Shown here piece after piece: positions 1 to 12,800 of a stretch of 64,000 nt of DNA (position 1 is the stretch's first letter; the number at the start of each line of letters is the position of its first letter). The stretch is from NCBI GenBank assembly GCA_973851085.1, contig OZ316776.1, positions 11,098,001 through 11,162,000 of the forward strand, written 5' to 3'. The translations under genes were made by a program, and so were the position numbers. Source of the stretch: Ptychomitrium polyphyllum. Lineage: Eukaryota. The notes beneath the pieces are model-generated. The model ran no database searches and had not been told where the DNA came from. It saw only the letters and a program-made list of their open reading frames with translations.

Positions 1-3000
1 TAATCAAACGTTGGTGGCGTGGAATTCCTGATTTTGTTGACATGCTTAATCATTTGTTACACCTTGGCCTGGAGATCAAGTTGGTGCTTCAGCTCTTGCA
101 AAGTTCTGTCAAGATATTGGCGCTGCTGGTTGATTGTAGTGTTGGATTCTACTAGGGAGGGAATGGTGATCTGAAGCTGTTGTTCAAGCCTGGAGGTCAA
201 TTGGTACGGCACCAACGCCAACAAACAATTATGCATCCTGCTTTGAAGAAGGAATTCGACGATGGTGAGGAGCTGGTCCAGTGTTGCAATCGCCTTCATC
301 ATATCTGGAACACAATCGAGGAAGGATGCCGCACTGCAGCGGAGGGACTTGAGTTGTTGGCAAAGGTAGGAGGGGGGTCAACATCAGCTTCTAAGGGGCT
401 GTGAGGTGTTGGCTGTGTTGAACACTTACTTAAAGACTTGCAAAACTAGGAGAGGAAGCCGGTTTTGGAGAGTATTGTGGATGGCGCATACAGTTGCTTC
501 CAAAAGTCGCCACTTTCGCTCCATATTTACTACCAACCAACAAAAGGTTTGGTTGTTGCACATTGGTTGAAAACTCTATTAGTTTAAAACAAATTATACA
601 ATTGAGTAAGAGCAGCTCGGGCTAGAAAAGTTTATACAAGAAAAAAAAACTACATGTTGCCTCCAAAACGGCTCCTATTATATACTACCAAGTTTGACTA
701 AATGTAACTATGTAGTTAAAACCTAATCCTAGCTATACTTGCTGATTATCAAGCTATTAATACCAAGCACTTAATTAATTAGGTTGGATTGTAGTGTTGA
801 AAAATTAGCAACTAGCTTGTTAATACTTAGCAAAATTAAATGGCTTTATTATTATATAACTGAATTCCATTAATTATATAATTTCTATTATATTTAGTAA
901 TATTTCTATAATAACTCACATAAAGCTTAGGTTTAATATGTGATAAATTTATCTTGCATTTTTGCTACCATGCTAGTGTTATGTATCAAGTTGATAACTA
1001 CATGCAAATAATTTCCCACTCTTCCAAAATTATATTGTTAAAAAATGCATTGAAGATGATTAGTTGTGGAATTGCTTTTGATATAGATTGCTCCCAACTA
1101 CTTCTACTGAATACCGCAATCCTCAATTACAAACCAAATTACAAAATATATATAAAAGCTTCAATATATTCAACAATATGCACAACAAAAGCACAAACAA
1201 AATATTCCAAATTTTGCACAATCATTTGTAATTATTATATAAGGATTAGAATAAACAAAGATGGATTGGATCAAAAAAGAATTAACAATTCCACATGCTT
1301 CTTTTATACAATAAGACCAGATTCTACAAGGCCAAAAAAGTTGCACTCCAATCTTGCCTCCATCCGCCATACACCTTTTAGAAACCTCTTGTTTGTCCCA
1401 TTGCTTTTCAAATGCCACAACCACACCAATACAATTTTAAAATGCCTTCAAAATAAAGCAAGTAAGAAGAATAGGAAATTGCAATGGCTATATAAACATA
1501 AAATAATAAGTAAATTTGATATGTGCAAATAAATAAATAAAATAGATAAGATTAGATTATAAGGTTATTTATTTGTACTATGATTGTTTAATTTGTTTTT
1601 TTAAATATATTTTATTCAATCTTATTTTATAAAAGTGAAATTGTCATGGTGCTAAATTAAAAGTTTTTTAATCATCGTTTGTGAAAAAGTCTCAAATTTT
1701 AAATAAAATTCATTTATAAATTCCAATGTTTCAAAAAATATTTTAAAATAAAAATCAAGAATTTAGAATGCAATATCTACATTGATATTTTAGAATGTTT
1801 AGCCAATATGCTTTAATTTTAAGAAAAATTTGTTATGTATAAAAAAGTGAGTTTATTATTATGATAAAAAAATTGAACATACTTAATTAAAAAAAATTTA
1901 AGTCTTATTATTTATCATCATTTTAAAATGATTGTACATTTATATTTCTTCTTTGTTTTTATTTAATAACTAAAAAATAAATTGAAGAAAACATTAAAAC
2001 ATCTATATACATAATTTCTTTGTAATTACAATTTTTGAAAAATTGCTATGCCTCTAAATATTTTAATTTGAAAGAGTGATTTGAAATTTGAATATGAATT
2101 ATTTAAATGTATGTAAGTACATAACTTTTGGGTTTTTTTCTTTTTAAGATATAGAAACATTTGTTCTTATATTTGTAATCAATTTATGACAAAGCCAAAA
2201 GCTTGTTTAAATTTGCACAATGTTAGAATTGAATATAACATTATTACCTCACACATGGCACTCTAAGGCTAAAATTGTTTATTTCATCACAACAAGTGGT
2301 GAAATGTTTTCAAACTATATTCTACAATATAGCATGTAGTTATAAATTTGCAATTTGGTATAATGATAACTAATTGCATCAATTATTAAATCAATACCAT
2401 CTTCTAAAAACAACAATAATTATTGATTCAATAATTTTACATTGATACTATGAACAAGTCTTTGTCTTCACTCCTCTTTTTGCTTTTGCATTCCAAAATT
2501 GATGCAACTTGTGTACATCCTTGCCTTACTAATGCTTCTTCTTAAAAATCTAATACAGGCTTCTTTTAAAAAAAAGTTCAAAATCTGAAATCAACCTTTG
2601 CATTTTAAAATTATTAATTCTTTATTCCTAGACCTTCCTATTAATTCTACAATCATGCGTATTAGCAAGGAAAAAAAATGCTTTGGAGAGATTAAAGAAT
2701 AGTCACCAAACTTAATACTTTCAATAGTCCTCATCAACCACTATAGGAGTTAAATGCATATATAAAAAGTAATAAGAAACATATATGTAATTTAAGTTGC
2801 TTTGACAACATTTGTCTTAGAATTGGAAATTTTTCAATAACTTCCTACAAAAATCTTTGATTATTTACATTCTCATTCTTAAAAACATATTCCACCATTA
2901 TTTTTTTCAAATTGCAACCAATGGCTAAAATACAAACTTAGCAACAAATGTCTTCTAACTTACAAACTCACTTGGATTTGATTGGTTCATATTACTTACA

Positions 3001-3725
3001 AAATGATGCTTGGAGATTAGAAAGGGAATGGCAGACAACACCCAAAGCACCAGAAGAAATTAAGAAACCTTGGGATGGTATTTGTAAGTACAATTTTCCA
3101 AAATGAGCCCTGAAATTTTACTTATATATAATTTTCTCAGGACAATTACAAAAAAAAAGTACTTACTTGACTTTAGGGTGAATTTTCTAATGTGCTTGCA
3201 AAGTTCTAACATCGTGTGTGCTCCAAGTTCTAATTTTCTTATGCTTCGGTTGTTGCCATCGTCATCGAACCCCCTTGCAAGCCCACAGCTTTGGGTGGAA
3301 CTAGTTGCATAGCACCAATAACGACATGAAGACCAAGAATAGACATTGGATCAACCAAGTTAATATACAGCAATCAAGCAAAAGGAGTGTGGCAAATTAG
3401 AACACAAGAATTCAGAATATTTTTCTGATCAACAACTATGCTGATTTTTCAGTCCACGGCGGTAAAATACCAGTCTCACATTCGACTGCCGCAAAGTGTA
3501 GTCTTAAAAGTACAGGGAAAGAGCACAGCAAACTTGTCACCCAAGGCACCTCGTCCAGGCTCCATATGTCTTGGAAGAGTATGTGGAGCGAGTTTAACAA
3601 AAAAATACACAGTCCACATGTCAGGGCCACAACTACTGACTCCTCCAAATTTCATCGAAGTTTTCATCTAAATTTTCCCCATTGACCACTTAAGTGACTG
3701 GGGACATGACTGGCATTCCTAAGTG

Positions 3726-6700
3726 CTATGAAGCCATTTGGCATATCATATCCGGCGCAATAATACTAGTATCGGGGACTGCAGAGTTTTTGCTACCGCG
3801 TACCATAAGCTTGATGCAACTCCTGTCCGAAGTACGCATGACGTCTATGCATTCCTTCCAGTCAGCATCACATGTGAGTAACATCCATTCCTCTTCGTCA
3901 TCTAGGTATTTGAGGTCAAAGGCCTGGCCTTCCACTCTTACTCGACTACTTATTTCGTGTCTGAGGTCCAAGTACCTAGATCCAACTGGGAGTTTGAACC
4001 GAACCGTATCTGCATCAAAAGTGGCCTTCACCGTCACAGAATCGGGCTCTGTCGCTAGAGCCGGCCAATGCTTCCGAGGATGCCCACCACCACCACCACC
4101 AGACGAAGGAGAACTCACGTCGCTGCCATTGTGCTGTGAGGAACCTGTGCGATGGCCACCTGTCACTTCTCTCGGGGAGTCCTCTGGTGCATACCGACCA
4201 TAGTCGCCAATACCTTCGTAATTTGCAGACCCGGGGTTGCCATATGAACTCAAGTCCGAGTCCCGCAATGCAGCCAGAGCACTACCACCACCATGCACAC
4301 GCGACTCCACGCAAATTGCATCTCCGTTGAAACCAGTTCCACTCCCTGAATCTGTGTTTCTGCCAAATTCCGACATGCTTCCGTTTGGGGACCTGTCCCA
4401 GTCTGAACCATAAGTCTGGCTTCGGCTGCTAGAGCCGTTGGGTACAAACAGCACCCTGAATTTCTCCACAGAACCAGCTCCTGCCCCACTCTTACGACCT
4501 GTCCCTTCCGACTCCTGCTCAGCTGAAATAGTATCCTGGTTGTGCCCTTCACCCCCATGGTTTGTGGACCCACGTCCAGCTCCTGAGCTTTCGTCCGAGG
4601 TTCTATCACCGGCAGCTAATGGCCTCAGGTCCATGTTCTCAGCTACGTCTTCACTGCTGCGCCGCTGAGAGGGGACAGGACTATTCTTCGTGACCTCCTC
4701 CGGTGCATCTGCTAAGTCGTTACTAGCCCCTTTGTCGCTTCCTTCTTGTTCCCTATAACCAGGATCAGTTGGTGCATCAAAAGCCTCCTTCGCCGATTGT
4801 GCACCAGTCACTGCCGCAGCAGCAACTGCTGCTGATGCAATACCTCCACTCAACGCATTGATGCGAATTGTTCCGTCCGCACCCTGCACTGACTCGATCA
4901 CTCCCTGCAATTTCTTCAGTGACCGACTCACTTTGTTGATCTTCCGAGAGGGCCACCTGGATATGCCATGTTGACGACAGATCCTCTTCAGAGTTGTTGG
5001 ACACACTGCACAACAACACGTAACTATGTCAATCCTTGCAAATATATTCATTGCTGAACCGAGTCCAAGCTACTGAAAATTCTTAACTCCACCCTCTCTG
5101 AGGTGGGATACATGCTCCCGTCAGCTTTCTCAAAGAAACGTATCACACATGCTTTGCCAACAACATATTGTACTGCCAGCTTCCTCAACATGAGACTCGT
5201 CTCACCACATGCAACATTTACTCAAAACAGCATCTTCGCCGAAACATATAGCTTATATGCTGCTAAACACCGGACGCATGTCATCAACAAAGGTGGCCTG
5301 CACCAGCACAATGTCATGCTGTAAGCACATAGCTGTATGGACTGCGGAGAATACCTCCTATGCTCTTTGCTGCATCCTTCAGGCTGCCAGCAAAATATTG
5401 CTGAAGTACATCCAGACCAATCATTTTCTCGCTTGTTCCTCTTCTTCTGTCAAGCTTACGCCTCTGATTTGCAGCATCCTGGGCGTGATTTGCAGCACCA
5501 GGGCCTCCAACCACCGGCTCTACACTCGAAGGACTGTCAAGCTGTTGCAAGTGCACTGCACTTTTCCTAGCGTTTTCACCTTGCAAGTCTTCAACACAAA
5601 CCTGTAACTGGGGTTGATTTAATGCCGTTGGAGCTGGTTCAAGTGCGTGCTCTTGTTCTCTGGAACCCTCCACTGCATGCACTCTTTCGTTGCCATTGGC
5701 TACAGGTGGACCGGAGTCCACTAAATTTCCTCCTGGCAGGTCTGATATTTCCTGATCACCACTCAATTCAACAAGCTCACATGTCTTGCTCTTACTCTCG
5801 GCCTCGGTGTGCTCCTCTGCATGAGCAGCTTTCTGCTCATTCTCAAGTTCCTTGTCTGACACAGTTCGAAGACTTCGGCACACACGCTGCATTGTTATAC
5901 CAAGAGCATTCAACATCCCTTGCTGCTCTTCACTGTCGATGCAATTGATGGGAAGGAAAAACTCGAGAATGAAGTCATCAGCCCCAGTGTGGATGCTTCT
6001 CAGACGGATCGCAACAACAGCCGCCAAGCCAAACAACTTTGCATAATGCCCAAGGGGATACTCGATTTTGCTATAATTTTTCACGTCACTTTCAAAGAAA
6101 GGCTGGTTGGAATCAAATGCCTTTCCAGGAACTCCTTGTCCCTTTTCCAGGAAATGCTCCAGACATGCATGTCGAAACCCCCACATTTGTGCGTCGTTGA
6201 CATAACAAGGGCCATCACCAGTGCGAAGACACACCCGACTATTGCCATGACTACTGTTGCTGCTCTTTGTGTTGCTGGTGGCTCCATTCTCATTCCTCGC
6301 CTTCTTGTTGGAGTTGGATATTTCTAGGCCTTGATGGCATCCAGGAACCCAAGTCTGTGCCATTGGAAGTTTGTGGGTCTCACAAACAGCTGTCAGCACT
6401 TCGGTGATCTCTGCAAGCGCGGCTTGACGGCCCTGCGTTCGCATCTGGTACATTGTCTACACAAATTAGACCACAGGAATTCAGCAAGCGACAACAACAA
6501 ACCCCTTCGAAGTCGGTGCACTTAAATCGACATTTAATCACCCCTTAAAAATAATTCTACGTAACTAAACATGAAGATAATTTCAAGATAATCCCAGATA
6601 GTGAAACCCTCTGATTAGCAGATAAGTATGAGCAACCAAGTGTAAGGAGAACTAAGGGTCAACCACTATCATAGGAACCCCCGGAAGTGCCTATAACGAG

Positions 6701-8428
6701 GTTTTGAGTGTAAATAAAGACGATCACATAATTCTGATACTTCGTGTGCAAAACGACTTTATAATAAGCATGAATTACTGGACTTCTTGGAAAGTTCTAT
6801 GTAGTGACGGACCAATTCATATAGAAACATCAGCTGGAATGACAGGCAAAACTGCTGTGGCACAGTGATTGTAATACAATCCAAAAACCAAGATATTGGA
6901 CAACATATACCTCTAAAGCTGGAAGCTCCGTTCCGTCTGAGCATGCCAAGTTCACAGCCTGTAAAATCGTAAAATTGAATTGTAAATGAAGCCCTCTGTC
7001 GACATATTGAAAATAAACATAACACAATGACTCGGTCTAAGAACAAAGTTACCGCTTCAAAACAAGTGAACTCTCCTTTCCACAAATATGCCAATGCAAA
7101 CAAGGGCATCTCCACTCGTCCACTCAATATACCTGCAAAGCTCGGCAGATAATATCAATCTCAGGGGCATACTGAACTTTTTCAGCCCTCATCACGAGCT
7201 CGATCACAGCCAGACAGTTTCGCGAGGTTGATTCGAACACCGGAACAGCTAGTGTTCCCTTCACATCACATCTCTGAGCCTCTTTCACGCGCAGGTACTC
7301 ACGAATGCTGTAAAACTGAACATTTGGCGTCCACTCCGGAACTTGCTGGAGGAACACACGGCCTGGTAACCCCGGGGCACCTCCTGACACGGAGAAGTCA
7401 ATCATTTCACTCACAGTCCGATACACCGACAGCCGATCAGTCTTGTGCTCCAGAACGTACGGCTGCTCCTTCGTGGAGAGCACCACCCTATCATCGGAGA
7501 GCCGGACAGGCATCCACACCTGGGCTAACACGTCTACGCAAGATTTTCCGATCAACCGCAATGCCTCTATCATCCGCTCTCTCAACGGCAAGGTCATGCC
7601 AGATAGCATGAAACGCTTCCTACTACCATGTTGACTCGGTACAAGTCCATACTGCGGTTCTCGCACTGTGCCGGCAAAACACTCCCTGGACGTGGGATCC
7701 AACATCTGAACATAATCTTCCTGAAAAGGGTCTCTGTTCCCGGGCATTCCTACGTTCGAACATGGCATGGGAGTCGAACTAGGCACGCAATTCCCTGCAA
7801 ATCCCGTCCTCACACCGCTCGCACCGAATATGGAATCTTCGTTATAAGGGTTCGGCCTCTCCAGACGCCCGGAGCATTCCCGACCCTCTGATGGCACACC
7901 TGAGACTTGCTGCGGGAGGTACATCTGAGACATTGCAGCGAAATTTTCCTGAGAGCCAGGACTCATGGCTGTTGTCACATACCCCTCAGACGGCTGGGGC
8001 TGCTCAAGTAGCCGTGGAGGAGAGCAGCCGAATGCTTCTTGCAGGAGATAGTCTCCCGGAGATAACTGGGCGGGCATAACCAACGAGGTGTTGGCTTGCG
8101 AGAACAAATGATGAGGCGTGGATGCAATCGTGTTGGGTGGAGACATGCTCATGGGTGAAAACATGGGAGGAGAAAAATTGGGAGAGAAGGCCATGAAAGT
8201 TTGGCCATACTCACTCGGGCCCGCAACCCAGGGCTCCCCGGTCTGATCGCACAAAGGGTCGAGATCCATTAGTTCTGACAGGATAGAATCGTCAAGAATA
8301 AACTTTGAGTCACCTGAGTTGTTTGCCATGGCCCCAGGAGACAGCTGAGGGCTGAAAGCAAGTAGATCGTTCGGTCGCCATCGCTGCAGCGACGGATGAT
8401 ACCTCTCATTCGGAGGCGGAATCTCCAT
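3726..8428 (-). CDS. NLP: NIN-like protein (RWP-RK + PB1 nitrate-responsive transcription factor), 4 exons: 8428-7133, 6958-6911, 6444 (or in-frame alternative 6456)-5355, 5005-3726
   Basis: Spliced ORF with GT-AG junctions in consistent phase. N-terminal GAF-like region ([14 protein letters not shown]...[28 protein letters not shown]). RWP-RK domain is split by an intron ([43 protein letters not shown]). C-terminal PB1 (VTVKATF...[22 protein letters not shown]). The ORF-track start at 8473 is GTG; the first in-frame ATG after it is 8428. Confidence 0.95.
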
Positions 8429-9359
8429 GCCGGCTGCCCGTCGTTCTTCCCCCTGATGTGCCAATTCCTTCACGCAAGTCCTAAAACCTCCTCCTGTCTC
8501 TCCTTCAACCTTCTTCGATTTTCCTCCTCACACCCACTTCTTTCCCCACGCCCACCAAATCAAACCCGCATTCGCCTGCCACAACAGTCGCCGAATGCAC
8601 ATCCGCAACCCCTTAACCGCTACCATTTCCCCATCCACCTGCCTCTTGCCGCAACACCTCCCCGCTCCTGCTCCCTGCTACCGCCTTCTTCCTTGCCCAA
8701 CTCACTCCACCGCTTCCCCCATGGCTCCCCTCATACATCCCCCTCGCACACCCACACCGCCTCCCACTCACATACCAACAATCCCACATCCCCCCACATC
8801 CCCCAACTCCCACAAAATCCTCCCTCCTTTCTCCTAATCCCTTCACACTAGGAAAAAAAGATTCCCCACCCCAACCAAAACCAAAAACCCCGTCCTTTCA
8901 CTAGCTCACTTCAAAAACTACGGACACCGAAAGCAAACATTATCCTTGCTAATAACGCAGCAACTTAGAAGCTAGAACCTTTGGTGAGAACAAAGATGAT
9001 GCACTAAGTGAACACCAGCAACGGGAAGACAAGCAAAAGCAAAGGGGAGAGCGAGAGCACACAGCGAGAGACGTATGATACTGGTGGGGCAAAGGGAATG
9101 GAAACGAAGGGCAGGCCGAAGGAGGAAGGGGCCGGGATTGTAGCAGGGTAGGAAAGAAATTGGGAAGGAAAGGATGATGGCAGGATCCTTCCCAGCCTTC
9201 ACTTCGAAACAAAAATCATCCAATCTGTGACAGTAATGATGGATGGAATCGGGATCTAGCCGGGTCTACTAGGCCAGGACGAGGCTGTGCAGCTCGGGAT
9301 TCGTTACCCCCGTTCTTGGAAGCGTGAGCGGAAGGACAGGGTGGTTGATTGGTAGGGAG

Positions 9360-9520
9360 GTGGGGAGGTTGGCATTGGCTCGGGGGATTAGCTGGTTGTT
9401 GCCGAGCCTGGGGGAGGGAGGTTTGGAGTGGGGACGTTTGGTGTGGGGAGGTTGGCATTGGCTCGGGGGACTAGCTGGTTGTTGCCGAGCCTGGGGGAGG
9501 GAGGTTTGGAGTGGGGAGGT
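9360..9520. repeat. 83-bp G-rich tandem duplication (about 2 copies) upstream of NLP
   Basis: gtggggaggttggcattggctcggggga(t/c)tagctggttgttgccgagcctgggggagggaggtttggagtgggga starts at 9360 and again at 9443. Confidence 0.9.
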
Positions 9521-9816
9521 TCCTGTTCCGCCAGTGGCAGAGAAAGTGATAAGAGCCTGGAGAGGTCCTCGAGCCACCAAGGTCGTCCGAGAGTCTTCCG
9601 AAGGTCTTTCGAAGGTACAAATTCAAGATGAATGGAGCAGAGCAGAGCCGGGCCGACAGTAGCACTACTATTTACCCTGCCTTTCTTAGATTAAAAAGTT
9701 AGCCCTCCAAGAACTCTGGTAAAGCCACGTGGAGGCTTCTGACGGACGTTGCCTGTTTTAATCTGCACGCCGTGTGCATGTTGTTTATCAAGTTTGGTAA
9801 ATTATCAAAAAATTGA

Positions 9817-9840
9817 ATATATATATAGATATATATATAT

Positions 9841-9887
<47 letters not shown>
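9817..9887. repeat. (AT)n microsatellite with two AG interruptions
   Basis: Directly visible. Confidence 0.95.
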
Positions 9888-9889
<2 letters not shown>

Positions 9890-12800
9890 GAAATACATTG
9901 TAAAACTCCAAATTTCTTACACTAAGTAATAACTACAATGGAGACATTATAATGTATGAAAATCATTTACTTGTTAAAATTAGCAGACATCACCACCTTG
10001 TAATGATATGTACTCAACTTCTAGTTGTAATATCATATTTGAGTTTAATATTATTCAAATATATTTTTGGAAAAAAAAAAGGAATTTGTCAACTTCATAT
10101 TTCAATCCAATGCAAATATATTAGAAGTTATTTACAAGGCTTGAATTGATTTTTGTTTTTTTTAAAATAAAGATTAAAAAGACTCAAAACATATCATATG
10201 ATGATTTGTTTTGCTACTTATTTACAACTTTGTCATCAATATTATCTAAGAAAAGCATAAATACTATAAAATAAACCAAATAAAGTATCTTTCTACCACC
10301 AAAAGTTATTATTAATAAAATATAGATTTAAAAAGACATATTTTATGTAAAACTTATAATGACAAATATATTGAATTGATAAATTTTAAAATTTAAACTA
10401 TTAGATGCATATTTTCTTTTAATAACAACTCCATTTTTTGAATTCTAAAACTCAAGTTGCTTCATTCAATCACTTGTTATATATGTAATAGTTTATATTA
10501 GAGATAAGATACAGCCTTTAAAAAGGGCAATCGCATTACCTTTTTAATAAAATAGTATTTGAAAATTTTGATTTAAAAATATATATTTAAAAAATAAATA
10601 AAGAATTCATTAAGGAAAAAAATGAATTCATGGCAATACGGTGTATTTATTTATGATGTGTGTACATTCCATAAAGTGTAATTTTGACTTGAATTTTTGA
10701 ATGACTATTTTAAAATCTTTTTCCAAAATTTAAAACTAAACAATGAACTTTACCTCGTTACAAAGTTCTTGACAATGTGCTTAAAAAAGCCATTATTTAA
10801 ATTATTTCATTTAAATTTGAATCTAAAAGATCCAATTTGAAAATTGAAGTATCGGTAAATCAATATACATATTCATGTTAGCAATGTTATGAATTGCATT
10901 TATAATTACAATTTTGGTTTCTTTTTAAAGAATTAGTATTTTGTAAACAACTTTTGAATGAAGTGTACTTTTCTATTACTATGTGTTTATTTTAATTGGA
11001 TATATATATTAGAAGTATTATCTTTTGATAGAAAAAAAAATTAAAACTAAAAATTAAAATAAAGATAAATAAAGATAAAATAAGTTTGTTGAATATACAT
11101 AACTTATGTACTTACATCTCTTGCATAATCAAAATCCATTTAATTTAATATGTTTTAGTTTTAAAAATAAATGCTTTTTTCAAAATACGTAATATTTTTA
11201 GAATGCTTTTTAAGACTTATATATTAAGGAAGGTGATTCAAAATTAAGGCTTTAAATGATTTAACACAATCTAAATGCAATTTATAATGGATAAATATAT
11301 TAAAAAGTTATATTTAGAAATAGTTTGTAGCAATTGTTGAAACTACAAGTATAAGAATCTTAGACATGAAGCAAAGTGTATTTTAGAACCATAAGAAAAA
11401 GAACTTATAAAGCATAAAAAATTTGCTCTGCTTTACATTTATTTAAATTTTTATAAAGTATTTTAATAATAGGAATACTTTGGTTTTGAATCACCTATTT
11501 TATTCTTTAAATTTCCTTTCAACACTTTCTTCTGAAGGTATAATTAAATTTTTCAATGGTATTAAATTTTTATCCAAATTATCTCTTCACCAATTTAATT
11601 AGTTCATTTAAAGATTGAATACTACAAATTAGCCAAATTCATTGATTTTAATTGCTACATGCACCCATTTGCCTTCCTATTCCATCTTTTTTGCTTCCAA
11701 TATTGGTGTTTAGAATGAATTTATTGTAACTTATTTATAAATTCTTACTTTCTAAGATAAGATTTATTTGCTTTGATTGTTAAAAAAGGTTAAAGACATA
11801 TTTTTGCATTTTATTCCTTTTCCTTCAAATATATTACATGGGAGCATTAGATTGCAATGTAATATATATTATGTTATTCACTTCAATAGTTAATATGAGG
11901 CAATCTAATTCTTCATTTTCTTTACACATATTATGTCCCATAACAACAGGAAAGAAATCAGTTCCATGGTAGCTAAAACTATGTCCCTTGCAAGATACTT
12001 TAAAAATGAAGTACTCTTTCTTGATATGGACGTACTGCAGCCCACTGCAATTTTTGGTACGAGGTGCTTCTGAGTTCTTGGTAAAATGGTTTTGTATAAT
12101 TTGTGAACAATATCTTTCTAATTTTTCCATTGTCCATGGACTTTGGCTGAAGTTCTGAACCATCTATTGAAAGATTCAGTTGAGGGACCCAGGCTGACTC
12201 CACTTCACCTTCCCAGGCTTCAACCCACACAAGATCATCACAATGATAGGCTCATTCTTTCACTGTTCAACCATGCATAATAATTGCCTTTTAGGATATA
12301 TATAATATTCTCATAACAGCCTCACACACACAAAGTTATTACAGTACACTAAACTAGAATCACACGATTTCAATCGCTTCAATTCCGCACAGAGCTGAGC
12401 CTACTTGTGGAATATTGTACCACACTTCGAAACATGTTAAACTTCATCGAGTCTAACTCATCGCCGCTGCAGATTGCTACAGTGGATTCCGAAACCCAAT
12501 TGCAACGAACTCCAATATGAATCACATATGTCAGTCCACTCCGTCAGCCCTTCGTTCTAGTGCGTGTCACAACTGCAAGTTCCAGTGACCTCTAACTTAA
12601 TGGTACTTCACAAAAAGGTCCCTCTCAGTCACGGCAATTGGGTCTGAATGGGTCCTATACCACGCACCTATAAAAGCCGACTGGGAATTGGAATCTGTAA
12701 ACACCTTTCACACCACTATTCCAGAGAAAATCACGTCACCACTCGTAGGATGGCCCAAAAAGAAGGAACAGTCGAGATGGCAAGAATGTAAGTCCAACAG

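Noticed and set aside
1..700. Short ORFs (57-302 minus, 180-404 plus) and a TATA-like tract that could be a retroelement gag/LTR remnant
   Set aside because: No recognisable domain, PBS, TG...CA termini or second LTR visible; truncated by the window edge.
954..1532. 192 aa ORF
   Set aside because: Non-ATG start, AT-rich low-complexity composition, no recognisable motifs.
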